Below are positions 27,965 to 40,689 of a stretch of DNA of 64,000 bases, one piece after another. The position numbers were made by a program, and so were the translations under genes. The stretch's first letter is position 1; each line of letters opens with the position of its first letter. The notes beneath the pieces were generated by a model, which saw only the letters and a program-made list of their open reading frames with translations, searched no databases and was not told where the DNA came from. This stretch comes from Eledone cirrhosa. Lineage: Eukaryota. The stretch is from assembly GCA_964016885.1 (NCBI GenBank), contig OZ024743.1:312356001-312420000 (forward strand), written 5' to 3'.

Positions 27965-28266
27965 CAGAAGCATATAGACAATATGCCCCACTGCAAAGTA
28001 GTCGTGGAGGTGCCACGGCAAAACAGCACCCAGCCCACACTGTAAAGTGGACGTGTAGGCACCATGTAAAAAAGCACCCAGCACGCACTGTAAATGAGGT
28101 TGGTGTTAGGAAGGGCATCCAGCTGTAGAAATCAAGCCAGAATCAGTTCCCGTATGAGCAAGACAAGGTCAGCCGACCGGACACTGCCCACAACAGGACA
28201 ACCCGTCTAACCCATGCTAGCGTGGAAGAACGGACGTAAAACGGTGATGATGATGATAATGATGAT
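27965..28266 (+). mobile_element. RTE 3' UTR copy with (GAT)n tail
   Basis: Nearly identical to 8478-8786. Confidence 0.85.
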
Positions 28267-28296
28267 ATATATATATATACACACACACATATAATC

Positions 28297-31200
28297 ATCA
28301 TCATCATCATGATCATCGTTTAACGTCCATCTTCCACGCTTGCATGGGTTTGGACGGGAATTTTCCCACTTGAGGCAAGATTGGTTGTCTTGCTCGTATA
28401 GGACTGTCTGGCGGGTTTTCTACGGCTGGATGCCCTTCCTAACACCAACCACGTTTACAGTGTGGACTGGGAGGTTTTTACCGTGTTACCTACATGGCCA
28501 TATTATAGCGTGGACTGTGTGTTTTTTTGTCGTGACACCTACACGACCTCATTTATTTCGGACTGGATGTTGTGGTACCAACATAACTTTACATCGAAAA
28601 GGGTGGTGTGGATGGGGTGGGGGTAGTGGGATGGGGTGTGTTTTTGTTAAGAGGTGCCTACTGATTGTAGGTTTAGCTTTGTACTTAAGCAAGGCGGGTC
28701 TTCTGTGTTACTGTGTAGCGCCAAAGATCTCGGTCCAGTGACATTGTCTTGGAGAAGTGTAAGTGTGTGAGGTCGGAATTTATCAAGTCGACCCAGGTTT
28801 TTCTGGGTGTGCCTACTCCGTGGCTACCGTCTATTTTTATCGCCCTGCACTTTTTTATACAGCTGTCATCTTTCATGCGCCTCACGTGACCATACCAACG
28901 TAATCTTCTCTCAAGTAAACAACATCTGATCCCTCTTATTCCTAATTTTTCCCTTAGTTCATTTATGCTTTGCTGTTCACGTATATTACTATTACACATC
29001 CATGCAAGCTTCTTTCCTCTCCAGTCTGCATATATCCTCTGCACACAATGCCCAAGACTCACTACCATATAACATTGCTGTTCGTATGCAGGCATCATAC
29101 AGCCTGCCTTTAATTTTTAGAGAGAACCCTTTAGCGGCCAATAGTGGTATAAGCTCTCTGAACTTTTTCCATCCCGTTCTGACTTGTAGCTACTGTACTT
29201 TCAGAGCACCCTCCACCACTGCTGATTTTGTCACCCAGGTAACGGAAGGTGTCCACTATTTCTATAGAACCATCTGTGCAATGGAATGAGCTAGTATTCT
29301 GTGGGCACTTGCTGCTACTCATTGCACCAGAGCACCGGCCACATATAAAATCTATATTCTTAGTTAGCTTACCTGTGATCCCACTACATCTTTTATGCAC
29401 CCATACTTTGCATTTGGGACATAAAATGGAGTTTCTGCCTACTCCTTTCCTACACACTGAGCATGGCCATTTCCCAGATGGGACCAGTGCCCTATTTTCC
29501 TTCCTACAAACTAGAACTTTAGGCTTAGACAGGTTAATTTTAAGACCTTTTGATTCTAGGCCATGCTTCCATGTTTGGAATTTCTTCTCTAGTTCGGCCA
29601 TTGATTCAGCTATGAGCGTTAGATCATCTGCGTATAGGAGTTCCCATGGGCAGCCGGTCTTGAATTCCTCTGTTATACCCTGAAGGGCAATAATAAATAG
29701 TAGGGGGCTAAGGACGAAGCCCTGATGAACACCAACTTTTACGCTAAACTCTTCACTATATTCGTTGTTAATTCTAACCTTGCTGACTGTTTCTTTATAC
29801 ATGGCTTGTATAGCTCTCACTAGCCATTCATCAACACCTAGTTTCTAAGGGCCCACCAGATAATGGAGCGGGGGACTCTGTCAAAGGCTTTCTCCAAGTC
29901 AACAAAAGCTAAGTATAGGGGTTTACTTTTAGCTAGGTACTTCTGTAGTTGTTCAATGAAAAGAGCGTCTGTGGTACTTTTACCTGACACAAACCCGAAC
30001 TGCATTTCATCTAGATCAATTCGCTCTCTGATTAGTTGCGCCATTACTTTTTCTGTGACCTTCATGACCTGGTCAATTAATTTAATGCCTCTATAGTTTC
30101 CCCTATCTAGGGGATCTCCTTTACCCTTGTAGCAGTTAATGATGATGCTGCTACGCCAGTCCTTCGGAACAACCCCATTCTGTATGACTTGGTTTACTAT
30201 CCGGGGGACCATAGTCTGTCCCACCGTTCCAGATACATTCAGCATTTCAGCAACTATCTCCGAAGGCCCAGCCGCCTTGCTTGTCTTCATATTTTTGATT
30301 GCCATACTTATTATACTACCTTCAACTTGCACTGCTGATCCCTCTATTGGATCGATGTGGGGGAGACTGTCTTTCTCCCAATTATTCTCCTCATTTAGTA
30401 GCCTTTCGTAGTGACACTTCCAAGCTACCTTCTTATCAGCATCAGTGATGGCAAGTACACCATCATCATTAAGGACACACTTCTCCCCGACAATATCACG
30501 GTTTTCCTTGACACATTGCCTAACAATCCTGAACACCTCACGTTTTTGGTCCTCGCGTTGTAGAACATGCTTGAACTTTCTTTCCTCTGCTTCCCTTCTT
30601 GCGAAGTACACTTGTCTCCTAGCTTTCCTCCTGGCCACTTGATAGTCTTCTCTACTTCCCCCATCCCGCCATGCTTTCCAAGCCTGCTTTTTGGCCTTGA
30701 TTGACTCCTTCACCTTACTGTTCCACCACTAAGTTACTCTCCTCCTGCCTATAGGTCTGCTCCAGCCACAGATTTCATCTGTCGCCTTCAGCAGGTTAGC
30801 TTTCAGGAATTCCCACTGTTCCTTTATATTGTATGACTCTAATTGCTCTTCCTTACTATCAAAAGCATCAAGTAATATGCTTTTAAATTTATTACTGGCT
30901 GTGGGGTCCTTTAGCTTCCATATTTTTCTCCTGAGGATAGTCCTCTTCTGTTGTCGAGTACGTCTCGTCCTAACTATGAGGTCGCTAATTATCAGTCTAT
31001 GTTCAGAAGTGCATTCTTCATGGGGGAGGGATTTACTGTTTACAACAGACACTCTGTCACGTCTTCTGGTAAGGATATAATCTATCTGGCTGGTGTATTC
31101 CCATGATCTATAGGTGATCAAGTGATTGTCTCGTTTTTTGAAGTTAGTGTTACAGATAGTTAGGTTATTTACGTCATAGAATTCCAGGATTCTGGAGCCT

Positions 31201-31934
31201 TCCTCATTTCTAGTATCAAACCTATAGCCTCTATGGATTCCGTCATAGCCATCACAATGTTGTCCAACGTGACCATTTAGGTCGCCAGCGATAATTATGT
31301 AGTCACTGTTGGTTATTTGGGAGGTAGTGAGCATTAACGACTCATAGAATCTGTCTTTTATAACGCCAGGCTGTCCGGATTGGGGTGCATATGCAGATAT
31401 TATTGTCACAGTAGTTCTTTTGAGGACAAGTCTTATTTTAATTATTCTGTCGTTCCCTCTATTTACGTCTATTATCTTATCTGCCCACTTTTCTGCTACC
31501 ATGATTCCTACTCCACCCAGCCCATTGTCATTTCCCACCCAGAAAAGCTTATAGCATCGTTCTTTACTCACAATGAATCTAGCAGACCCACTCCTCCACC
31601 TGGTCTCTTGAATACAGCAAACATCGACCTCCTTACATTCAAGCATTTCTACAACCTCGTTAGAGCGACCCTTTAAGGTGCCTACATTCATGGAACCAAC
31701 TATGAAGTTATGGATTGCGTTTGAAGGGTGGGAACGGTGGGGCGCAGGGGTGGTTGGGGGTTGGGGGGTTATGTTAGCCATCCGCGGCCGAAATAAAGAG
31801 GAGGAGTCCTTGCATTCTCGTCTGGCAGCATGAGGTGAATTTGTTTTTATCTTTGGCATTGTCACTGAATGTCCAGATTTTTTCTTTTCAAACTCTCCAG
31901 AATTCCGTAGTCCATCCATCATATCGAAAGGCAA
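28297..31934 (-). mobile_element. Near full-length RTE LINE, family B, disrupted
   Basis: ORFs 30729-31934 (APE), 29838-30713 and 29131-29820 (RT, LYADD, PHD-like finger), 28685-29098; (CAT)n tail on plus. Confidence 0.95.
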
Positions 31935-32475
31935 CCAGGTCTAAACTTAAGAAGTGATAGCATAGGCCGCTGACTTATGATTCGTCCACGTAATAATGGT
32001 GGTGAGTGGGGGCGGGTATGAGGGATATGGAATAGTTAGCAAGAAGGTTTAAATAAAATCCTCGAATTTTGGGCATAATTGAACAAGCATATATAACAGT
32101 AACAAGAGAATAATTATGGGAATTTAAAAAATACAAGAAGATTGTTTTGAACAATCAGACAGAATTATCGAATAGCATTGAAAAAGCAAAGATTGGATTC
32201 TGGACGAAATGATACAGATAGATGAATGGGCCGGGGAAAAAAATGGAGTGAAGAATAAAGAAATAGCATTTGTACGTTACATTTCATTTATGTATATATA
32301 TATATATATACACACATATATGTATATATATACACACAATATTGGGTAGAAAGGATTCTTTAGTCTAGCCAAGCATGACAACCCCTCTCTAATTGCTTGT
32401 GCCACAATAAACTGCACCCAATCCATTCTGTTAATGGGTAGTGTTGACACACCAAAAATAAATTTGTAAATTTAC

Positions 32476-32577
32476 CTGTTGTCTCTGTGAATAGTGTTTT
32501 CAGTTGTAGGAGGGAGGTCATCTAGATCAATACATCTGACAGGAGAGAATTGTGATGTCCTGTTAAAGAAAGCCAAT
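32476..32577 (-). CDS. BTB protein exon 5 (LAFFNRTSQFSPVRCIDLDDLPPTTENTIHRDN)
   Basis: TGCAG and GTAAAT, 102 nt, phase 2-2, open and in phase with both neighbours. Confidence 0.7.
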
Positions 32578-32839
32578 CTGCATTTTAGATTATTTAGGTT
32601 AGCTGATATAGTGTTGGATTATGAGAGTAATGACATAAACATAATCGTTTTTACATGTTTTTTCCATACTAGCATGGGTTGGGCATGAATTTGAGGCAAT
32701 ATTTTACTGGCTGGATGCCAACCAATGTTTTTTTTAAAGTAAATTCCTAGTTTTTTTTTTTATTATACAGGACATAAATAAATAACACCACCTGCACTAG
32801 GTGTGAAGGGAAGATAGAGAAAAACACCCACACACTTAC

Positions 32840-32972
32840 ATCTCTCTCTCAGTCCATACAGTAAATATGGTTGGCATTAGGAAAGGCATCCAGCTATGTT
32901 GTAGGAGGGAGGTCATTAAGATCAATAGGTCTGACAGAAGAGAACTGTGGCGTTGCGATAGAAAACTCCAAT
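32840..32972 (-). other. Tandem duplicate of exon 5 with TAG at 32896-32894 (pseudo-exon or poison exon)
   Basis: TGTAG acceptor then LEFSIATPQFSSVRPIDLNDLPPTT*; runs into repeat sequence; GTAAGT at 32839. Confidence 0.6.
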
Positions 32973-33112
32973 CTACATTTGAGATCATTTAAATTGGGTG
33001 ATTGGGCTGACCATTTCTAAATGATTGCCTAAAATTCATTGAATTTAGTAAAAGTTAGGACAAAATCCCATCCAATTCTTAAGAACAAAATAACACAAAC
33101 TCTTCAATTCAC

Positions 33113-33312
33113 CTGTCAACAGATATATTTTCTTGACAATTTTGTTCTTTTTCTGGATGTTTCTCAAATGCCTTAGCTGTAGTTTGTTGCTGTGGGATGT
33201 CACATTCTAGATCATCTAGAATGATAACTGTGGGAGTAGTACAAATAGCAACTGGCTTTCTGTGACGTAGAGTTGCACTCTTATTTGCTTCACTCTGGGT
33301 AAGTGATTTCCC
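33113..33312 (-). CDS. BTB protein exon 4 (GKSLTQSEA...VIILDDLECD...ENISVD)
   Basis: TTGCAG and GTGAAT, 200 nt, phase 0-2, open. Confidence 0.75.
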
Positions 33313-33429
33313 CTGCAATCACAATTGAAAATCTTATAAGAACTAAAAAAAAACAAAAAAAAGCAACAACAAATAGACAGAATTAAAAGTAATCTAACCC
33401 TTTCATTGCCACATTTCCAATGAAAGACA

Positions 33430-33630
33430 CTACCCATTTTCAGTCACTTGTAATCGCCATCGTATTCTTTCGGTTATTACCCAAGATTCATGACCATACA
33501 CCGACTTGAAGATAATGAGTTTGGCTTTTACACCTACCTCCTTTCTTCTGATTACCAAATGCTGAAGCTGGTGTATTACTGCATCAGCTCCTGCAATTCT
33601 TGCAATTAATTCAGCCTCCTGTCTTATATA
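33430..33630 (-). mobile_element. RTE (Rex3/Expander-like) fragment
   Basis: Reverse complement aligns to 42705-42910. Confidence 0.7.
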
Positions 33631-33840
33631 TGCTATCTAAACAATGTGTTGATGATTAGCTGCTTCAGTTTATAAACAGGGTTTGGATTTTTGCCTGTTT
33701 TCAGACATAAAATATGGGGAGGGGCTTATATTTAAGTATATATGGAAATTCTAAAAGTAAATCTTTATTTTAAAAATCTTATATTTAAGAAATAGATACT
33801 TTTTTTTAACTTCTTATTTCTAGCATATATAGAAATATAT

Positions 33841-34250
33841 CATCATCATCACCATTTTACGTCCGTTCTCCCAAGTGAGCATGGGTTGTCCTGTTGTGGG
33901 TAGTGTCCGGTCGGCTGACCTTGTCTTGCTCATACGGGAACTGATTCTGGCTTGATTTCTACAGCTGGATGCCTTTCCTAACACCAACCTCATTTACAGT
34001 GAGTGCTGGGTGCTTTTTTCCCGTGGCACCCACACGTCCACTTTACAGTGTGGGCAGGTGCTTTTTTGCCGTGGCACCTCCACGACCATTTTGCAGTGGA
34101 ATCATAGGGACCCCAGTCCTATCATCTCATTTCTACAGCTGAGTAAACTGGAGCAATGTGAAATAAAGTGTCTTGTTCACCCGGTCTGAGAATTGAACTC
34201 ACAACCTTTTGATTGCAAGCCCAATGCTCTAACCAGTAAGCCACGCGCCT
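33841..34250 (-). mobile_element. Composite tRNA-SINE with RTE-type 3' tail
   Basis: Head AGGCGCGTGGCTTACTGGTTAGAGC...GAGTTCAATTC, then the RTE 3' UTR of 8515-8786 and a (GAT)n tail; sister copy 48745-49085. Confidence 0.8.
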
Positions 34251-34861
34251 TCATTTATATTAAATAATTGTTTCATATTAGTGGGAGGTATGTAAAACTA
34301 AAAATAATTAAAGTAGGTGAGAGATGGCTGTGTAGCTAAGGAGTTCACTTCACAACCACTATGCGGCACCTTCAACATGTATCTTCTACTATAACCATAG
34401 TTTGACCAATGCCAATAATGTTGATAGCAAGATATTTTCCAATTGCCAGGCATACATTTCTATATCTATAATGATGTTTGTTTATAGAATATGGTAAATA
34501 AACTGGTCCAATTTTTGCCAGAAAAATATGGCCATTTTATCTTCAGTTTTGCTTTGCAGTTCATATCATCCACCAAACTTCCCACAATTGTAATTAGTTA
34601 GTGTAGTTAAACAGTCAATGTCTAGAAAATGTAATGTGTTGTGACATTTATTATAATTGCTAGAAAAGAAAGGTAACCATTTAAACATGTTTTAAATAAG
34701 ATTAAGTTGGAAGTAGTTAGAACAGGAGGAAGAAGGATGCCTGCAAAGACATGAAACATAGTGGTGAAGGCTGATCTGAAGAAATTAAAGCTTACAATGG
34801 TGATGTCAAAAACCCGTGATAAGTGGTGATATACAGTGCAGAAAAAACCCTACACACCTGT

Positions 34862-37800
34862 CATCATCATCATCATCATCATTTTACGTCCGCTTTTCCC
34901 TGCTTATTCAGCACAGCATCTCTCCACTTGTCACGGTCCTTCGTCATCTCCACCATGAGCTTCAGCGATCTGAGGTCTGTTCTCACCACCTCCGCCCATG
35001 TTTTTTGTGGTCTACCTCTACCACATCTTCCTTCAACTGGCATTTCCTGGCACTTCTTCACCCATCGGTCATCCTCCATGCGCATCACATGTCCATACCA
35101 CCGCAGTCTCCTCTCTCGCACACTACATTCTATCCCTCTCAGACACAGTTTCTCTCTCAACACATCCATGGTGGGTCGTTCACGCACATTGACATTGCAC
35201 ATCACATATCCTCTGCAGTTGCTGCCCAAGTCTCATTACCATGCAGCATCGCGTTCCTCATACTGGCATCATATAACCGGCCTTTCATACGCAGGGAAAA
35301 ACCCTTCTTCGTCAGCAGAGGAAGCAGCTCCCTAAACTTCTTCCAACCCATCCTTATTCTAGATACTATTGCCTCGGAACACCCCCTCCCATGCTAATCT
35401 GATCTCCTAGGTACCGGAAGCTATCAACCACTTCTATAGCACCTGCCCACATTTGAAAAATGTGTCTATCAATGCGACTTCTACTGTCTAATTTCCCTGT
35501 ACATCTACCGCATACGCATTTCTCCCTACCTGTTAGTTTGCCTGCTATCCCTCTACATCTCTTGTGTACCCAGGATCTGCATTGTGTGCATGTTATAGAA
35601 TTTATGCCAGTTCCTTTTCTGCATATCGAACATGGCCATTTCCCTGACGGAATCAGAGTTTTGTCCTCTTTTCTACTTGTCAACACTTTTGTCTTAGCTA
35701 GGTTCACTCTCAGTCCTCTTGCTTCCAACTGCTGTTTCCATAGCCAGAATTTATTCTCTAGCTCCTCTACTGATTCTGCTATAATAACCAGATCGTCAGC
35801 ATAGAGAAGTTCCCATGGACAACCAGTCTTAAACTCCTCTGTTATGGCTTGGAGGACTATAACGAACAAGAGCGGGCTGAGGATCGAACCTTTATGTACT
35901 CCTACTTGTATCTGGAATTCCTCACTAAACTCCATTCCTACCCTGACTTTACTGACAGCACCTCTGTACAAAATTTGCACTGTCCTCACGAGCGATTCCT
36001 CAATACCTAGTTTCCTTAGGGACCACCAGATGACAGATCGGGGTACCCTATCAAAGGCCTTCTCTAGGTCAACAAAAGCTAAGTATAGTGGCTTATTCTT
36101 CTCTGAGAACCTCTCTTGTAATTGTCTCACCAAGAAGAGGGCATCTGTTGTTCTTTTCCCAGGCACAAAACCAAACTGCATCTCATCTAGTTTGACCTTT
36201 TCTCTAATTAGCTGTGCTAATATCCTTTCTGCCACTTTCATAACCTGATCCATCAGTTTTATACTGCTATAATTGCTCCTCTCCAGAGCATCACCTTTAC
36301 TTTTGTAGCAATTTATGAGAATACTGCTGTACCAGTCTTTGGGTATGACAGCGCCATATATAGCCTGATTGATGATGCATGCAACCAGTTTAGTGCCTAC
36401 GTCCCCCGATGCCTTCAGCATCTAGGCAACTACCCTCGACGGTCCAGCAGCCTTACTATTTTTCATTTCCTTAATCGCCCCTTGGACCCTATATTCGTCA
36501 ATCTCAATAGCTGGTCCCTCTGTCGGATCTACTGAGGGTAATTTCTCTCTCTCCCATTCGTTCTCCACATTCATCAGTCTCTCATAATGACATTCCAAGG
36601 CCTCCTTTTTCTGATCTTTCGTAACACTAAGTACACCAGCATCATTCCGGACACATTTATCTCCAACAACATCCTGATTTGCATTGACACACTGCCTTGC
36701 AATGTGGAACACCGCACACCTCTGATCTTCCCGTCGCAGAACATTGGCAAACCTCCTACTCTCAGCCTCCCTGCGTGCTAAGTCACCTGACGCCTAGCTT
36801 CTCTCTTAGCGGCTGTATATCCTTCTCTACTCTTACCATTTTTCCAAGCCTTCCATGCTAGTCTTTTATCTCTAATGGCCCTATCTACCGTGCTGTTCTA
36901 CCACCAGGTCATTGTCTGGTTGGAGCTCTGCCCCAGCCACAAGTTTCTTCAGTAGCCTGCACTAAGTTGTCACGTAAGAAATTCCAGTTATTCTAAATCG
37001 TCTTCTTTTTCGTTATACACATCTTGAAGGGCTTTCTTAAAGGTCTTTTAGCTTCCAGACCTTTCTTCTCCACACCTTCCTGTATGTCTCATTCCATCTC
37101 TTGCTTACTGAGATATCACTAACGACTAACCTATGCTGTGGGGTACATTCTTCTCCAGAATATGCCTTGGTATTCGACACCATCTACCTGTCCCGCTGCC
37201 TAACTAATAAGAAGTCAATCTGGCTTATGTGCTTGCCTGAATTGTAGGTTGTTAGGTGGTTGGTAGGTTTCTGGAAGTTAGTGTTGCAAATGGTTAGTGC
37301 ACTTGCATCACAAAATTCAAGAAGCCTCACTCCTTCATTTCTTGAGCCATAACCGTGCCCACCATGTACCCCAGTGTAACCATCCTGGAGCTGTCCAATA
37401 TGACCATTGAAGTCCGCTGCTAGCATAACAATGTCTCCGTCCTCTGTCATTGAGGCTGTTTGTAAAAGTTGCTCGTAAAAGCAGTCTTTCTTTTCTTTAC
37501 CTAGGCCTGCCTGGGGAGCATAGGCAGAGATGATTGTCAGTAGTCTCCTGCCTACAACTAATCTAAGCTTAATTATTCTATTACTAACTCGAACTACCTC
37601 TATTGTCTATCGATCCATCTCTCAGCCAGGAAAATGCCTACTCCCCCTAACCCATCATCATTACCTACCCAGAAAACCTTATAACTAAGATGTTTGCCTG
37701 CAATTAGTCTCGCAGCGGCACCTCTCCATCTCACCTCTTGCACACAGCACACATCCACATGCCTTGGCTCCAGCATCTCCGCTATTTCACCAGATCTACC

Positions 37801-38170
37801 TGTTAGAGTGCCAACATTAAGTGTGGCAACTCTGAGATGCGACGTCTTCATATTTTTGTTCCTTTTCTTGTAGTGCGATTGCTTGAAGACGGTCGGGGGG
37901 GGGGGGTCTCGCACATGGCTGCCCCAGCCACCGCACAACCACGCGCAGCCCTAACATGGTTAGTGCTATTGCTGTTTACGCAGTTATTGCGATATATATT
38001 TGTTGCTGTGCTCATAATTGTTTTGGCATTGATACACTGGTTGGATGCCCTTCTTAACACCAGTGCCACTTTACAGCATGGACTGGGTGCTTTTATTCGT
38101 GCCACCAGCACTAGAGAGGATGTCTTACTGGACTCAAGGGCCCTCTCTACCCCTCCATTTTACAGCATGG
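34862..38170 (-). mobile_element. Near full-length RTE LINE, family C, disrupted
   Basis: ORFs 37600-37938 and 37184-37450 (APE), 35366-36712 (RT, LYADD, PHD-like finger), 34879-35229; (CAT)n tail on plus. Confidence 0.95.
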
Positions 38171-38293
38171 TCATAACAATAATAAGTGAGGAAAGACTGT
38201 GCACTGAGCCAATCCCACTCTCTGAGTGACAGTAGCTATAACCCGAAAAGAAGAAAAGATCAACATCATCGGTAACTACTGGCCCGCAGGTTT

Positions 38294-40689
38294 TATCATC
38301 ATCATCATCATCATCATCATTTAACGTCTATCTTCCATGCTAGCATGGGTTTAGACGGGAATTGTCCCACTTGAAGCAAGATTGGTCGTCTTGGTCGCAT
38401 AAGACTGTCTGGCAGGTTTCTACGGCTGGATGCCCTTCCTAACACCAACCACGTTTACAGTGTTGACTGGGAGGTTTTTACCGTGTCACCTTCACGGTCA
38501 CATTACAGCGTGGACTGTGTGTTTTTTTTCGTGACACCTACACGACCTCATTTATTTAGGACTGGATGTTGTAGTACCAACATAACTTTACAGAAAAAGG
38601 GGTGGTGTTAATAGGGGTGGGGGAGTTGGGGGTAGTGCGGAGGTTGGTATATTTATTAAGAGGTGCCTACTGATTGTAGGTTTCGCTTTGTACTTAGGCA
38701 AGGCGGGTTTTCTGTATTACTGCGTGGCGGCAAAGATATCGGTCCAGTGAGGTGCAAGTGTGTAAGGTCGGAATTTATCAAATTGTCCCAAGTTTTTCTG
38801 GGTGTGCCTACTCCGTAACTTCCGTCAATTTTGATCACCCTGCACTTTTTTATACAGTTGTCATCTTTCATGCGCATCACGTGACCATACTAACGTAGTC
38901 TTCTCTCGAGTAAACAGCATCTGATCCCTCTTATACCTAATTTCTCACTTAGTTCATTTATGCTTTGCTGTTCACGTATATTACTATTACACATCCAGTC
39001 GTTCCTCTCCAGTCTGCGCAGATCCTCTGCACACAATGCCCATGTCTCACTGCCAAGTAACATAGCTGTTCGTATGCAGGCATCATAGTCTGCCTTTCAT
39101 TTTTAGAGAGAAACCTTTAGCGGCCAATAGTGGTATAAGCTCTCTGAACTTTTTCCATCCCGTTCTGATTCTGGCTACTGTACTTTCTGAGAACTCTCCA
39201 CCATTGCTGATTTTGTCACCGAGGTAACGAAGGTGTCCACTATTTCTATAGAGCCATCTGGGCAATAGAAGGAGCTAGTATCCTGTGCGCACTTGCTACT
39301 ACTTATTGCACCTGAGCACCGGCTACATAAAATCTATGTTCTTAGTTAGTTTACCTGTGATCCCACATCTTTTATGCACTCATAGTTTGCATTTGGGACA
39401 CAAAATGGAATTTCTGCCTACTCCTTTCTTAAACACTGAGCATGGCCATTTCCCAGAGGGGACCTGTGCCCTATTTTCCTTCCTACATACTAGAACTTTA
39501 GTCTTAGACAAGTTAATTTTAAGGCCTTTTGATTCTAGACCAAGCTTCCATGTTTGGAATTTCTTCTCTAGTTCAGCCATCGATTCAGCTATGAGCATTA
39601 GATCGTCTGCATAGAGAAGTTCCCATGGGTAGCCGGTCTGGAACTCCTCTCTTATGCCTGAAGGGCAATAATAAATAGGAGGGGGCTAAGGATAGAGCCC
39701 TGATGAACAACAACTTTTACGCTAAATTCTTCACTATATTCGTTGTTAATTCTAACCTTGCTGACTGTTTCTTTATACATGGCTTGTATAGCTCTCACAA
39801 GCCATTCATCAACCCCTAGATTTCTAAGGGCCCACCTGATAATGGTGCGGGGGACTCTGTCAAAGGCTTTCTCCAAGTCAACAAAAGCTAAGTATAGGGA
39901 TTTACAATTTAGCTAGGTACTTCTTCTGTAGTTGCCGTACAAGGAAATGGGCGTCTGTGGTACTTTTACCTGACACAAACCCGAACTGCTCTCTGATTAG
40001 TTGCGCTATTACTTTTTCTGTGACCTTCATGACCTGGTTAATTAATTTAATGCCTCTATAGTTTCCTCTATCTAGGGCATCTCCTTTACCCTTGTAGCAG
40101 TTAATGATGATGCTGCTACGCCAGTCATTTGGTATGACCACGTTCTGTATGACTTGGTTTACTATCCGTGTGACCATAGTGTGTTCCACCGTTCCAGATG
40201 CTTTCAGCAACTATCTCCGAAGGCCCAGCTGCCTTGCCTGTCTTCATATCTTTGATTGCCATACTTATTATACTACCTTCAACTTGCACTGCTGGTCCCT
40301 CTATTGGATCGATGTGGGGGCAGACTATCTTTGTCCCATTTATTCTCCTCATTTAGTAGCCTCTCATAGTGACACTTCCAAGCTACCTTCTTATCAGCGT
40401 CACTGATGGCAAGTACACCATCATCATTAAGGACACACTTCTCCCCGACAATATCACGGTTTTCCTTGACACATTACCTAGCAATCCTGAACACCTCATG
40501 TTTTTGGTCCTCGCGTTGTAGAACATGCTTGAACTTTCTTTCCTCTGCTTCCCTTCTTGCGAAGTACACTTGTCTCCTAGTTTCCCTCCTGGCCACTTGA
40601 TAGTCTTCTCTACTTCCTCCATCCCGCCATACTTTCCAAGCCTGCTTTTTGGCCTTGATTGACTCCTCCACCTTACTGTTCTACCACCT
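38294..40689 (-). mobile_element. 5'-truncated RTE LINE, family B
   Basis: Collinear with 28297-30730; ORFs 39083-40671. Confidence 0.93.

Noticed and set aside
32849-32896. Editing-based readthrough of the duplicate exon's TAG
   Set aside because: A second in-frame TGA follows before the donor, and the exon length shifts frame.
33535-33640. Apparent extra exon with AG/GT-like borders
   Set aside because: Aligns to the RTE fragment at 42705-42910; not needed for the gene frame.
34175-34250. tRNA genes (also 11803, 17330, 49015-49085)
   Set aside because: A/B boxes present, but they continue into SINE bodies and form no clean cloverleaf.
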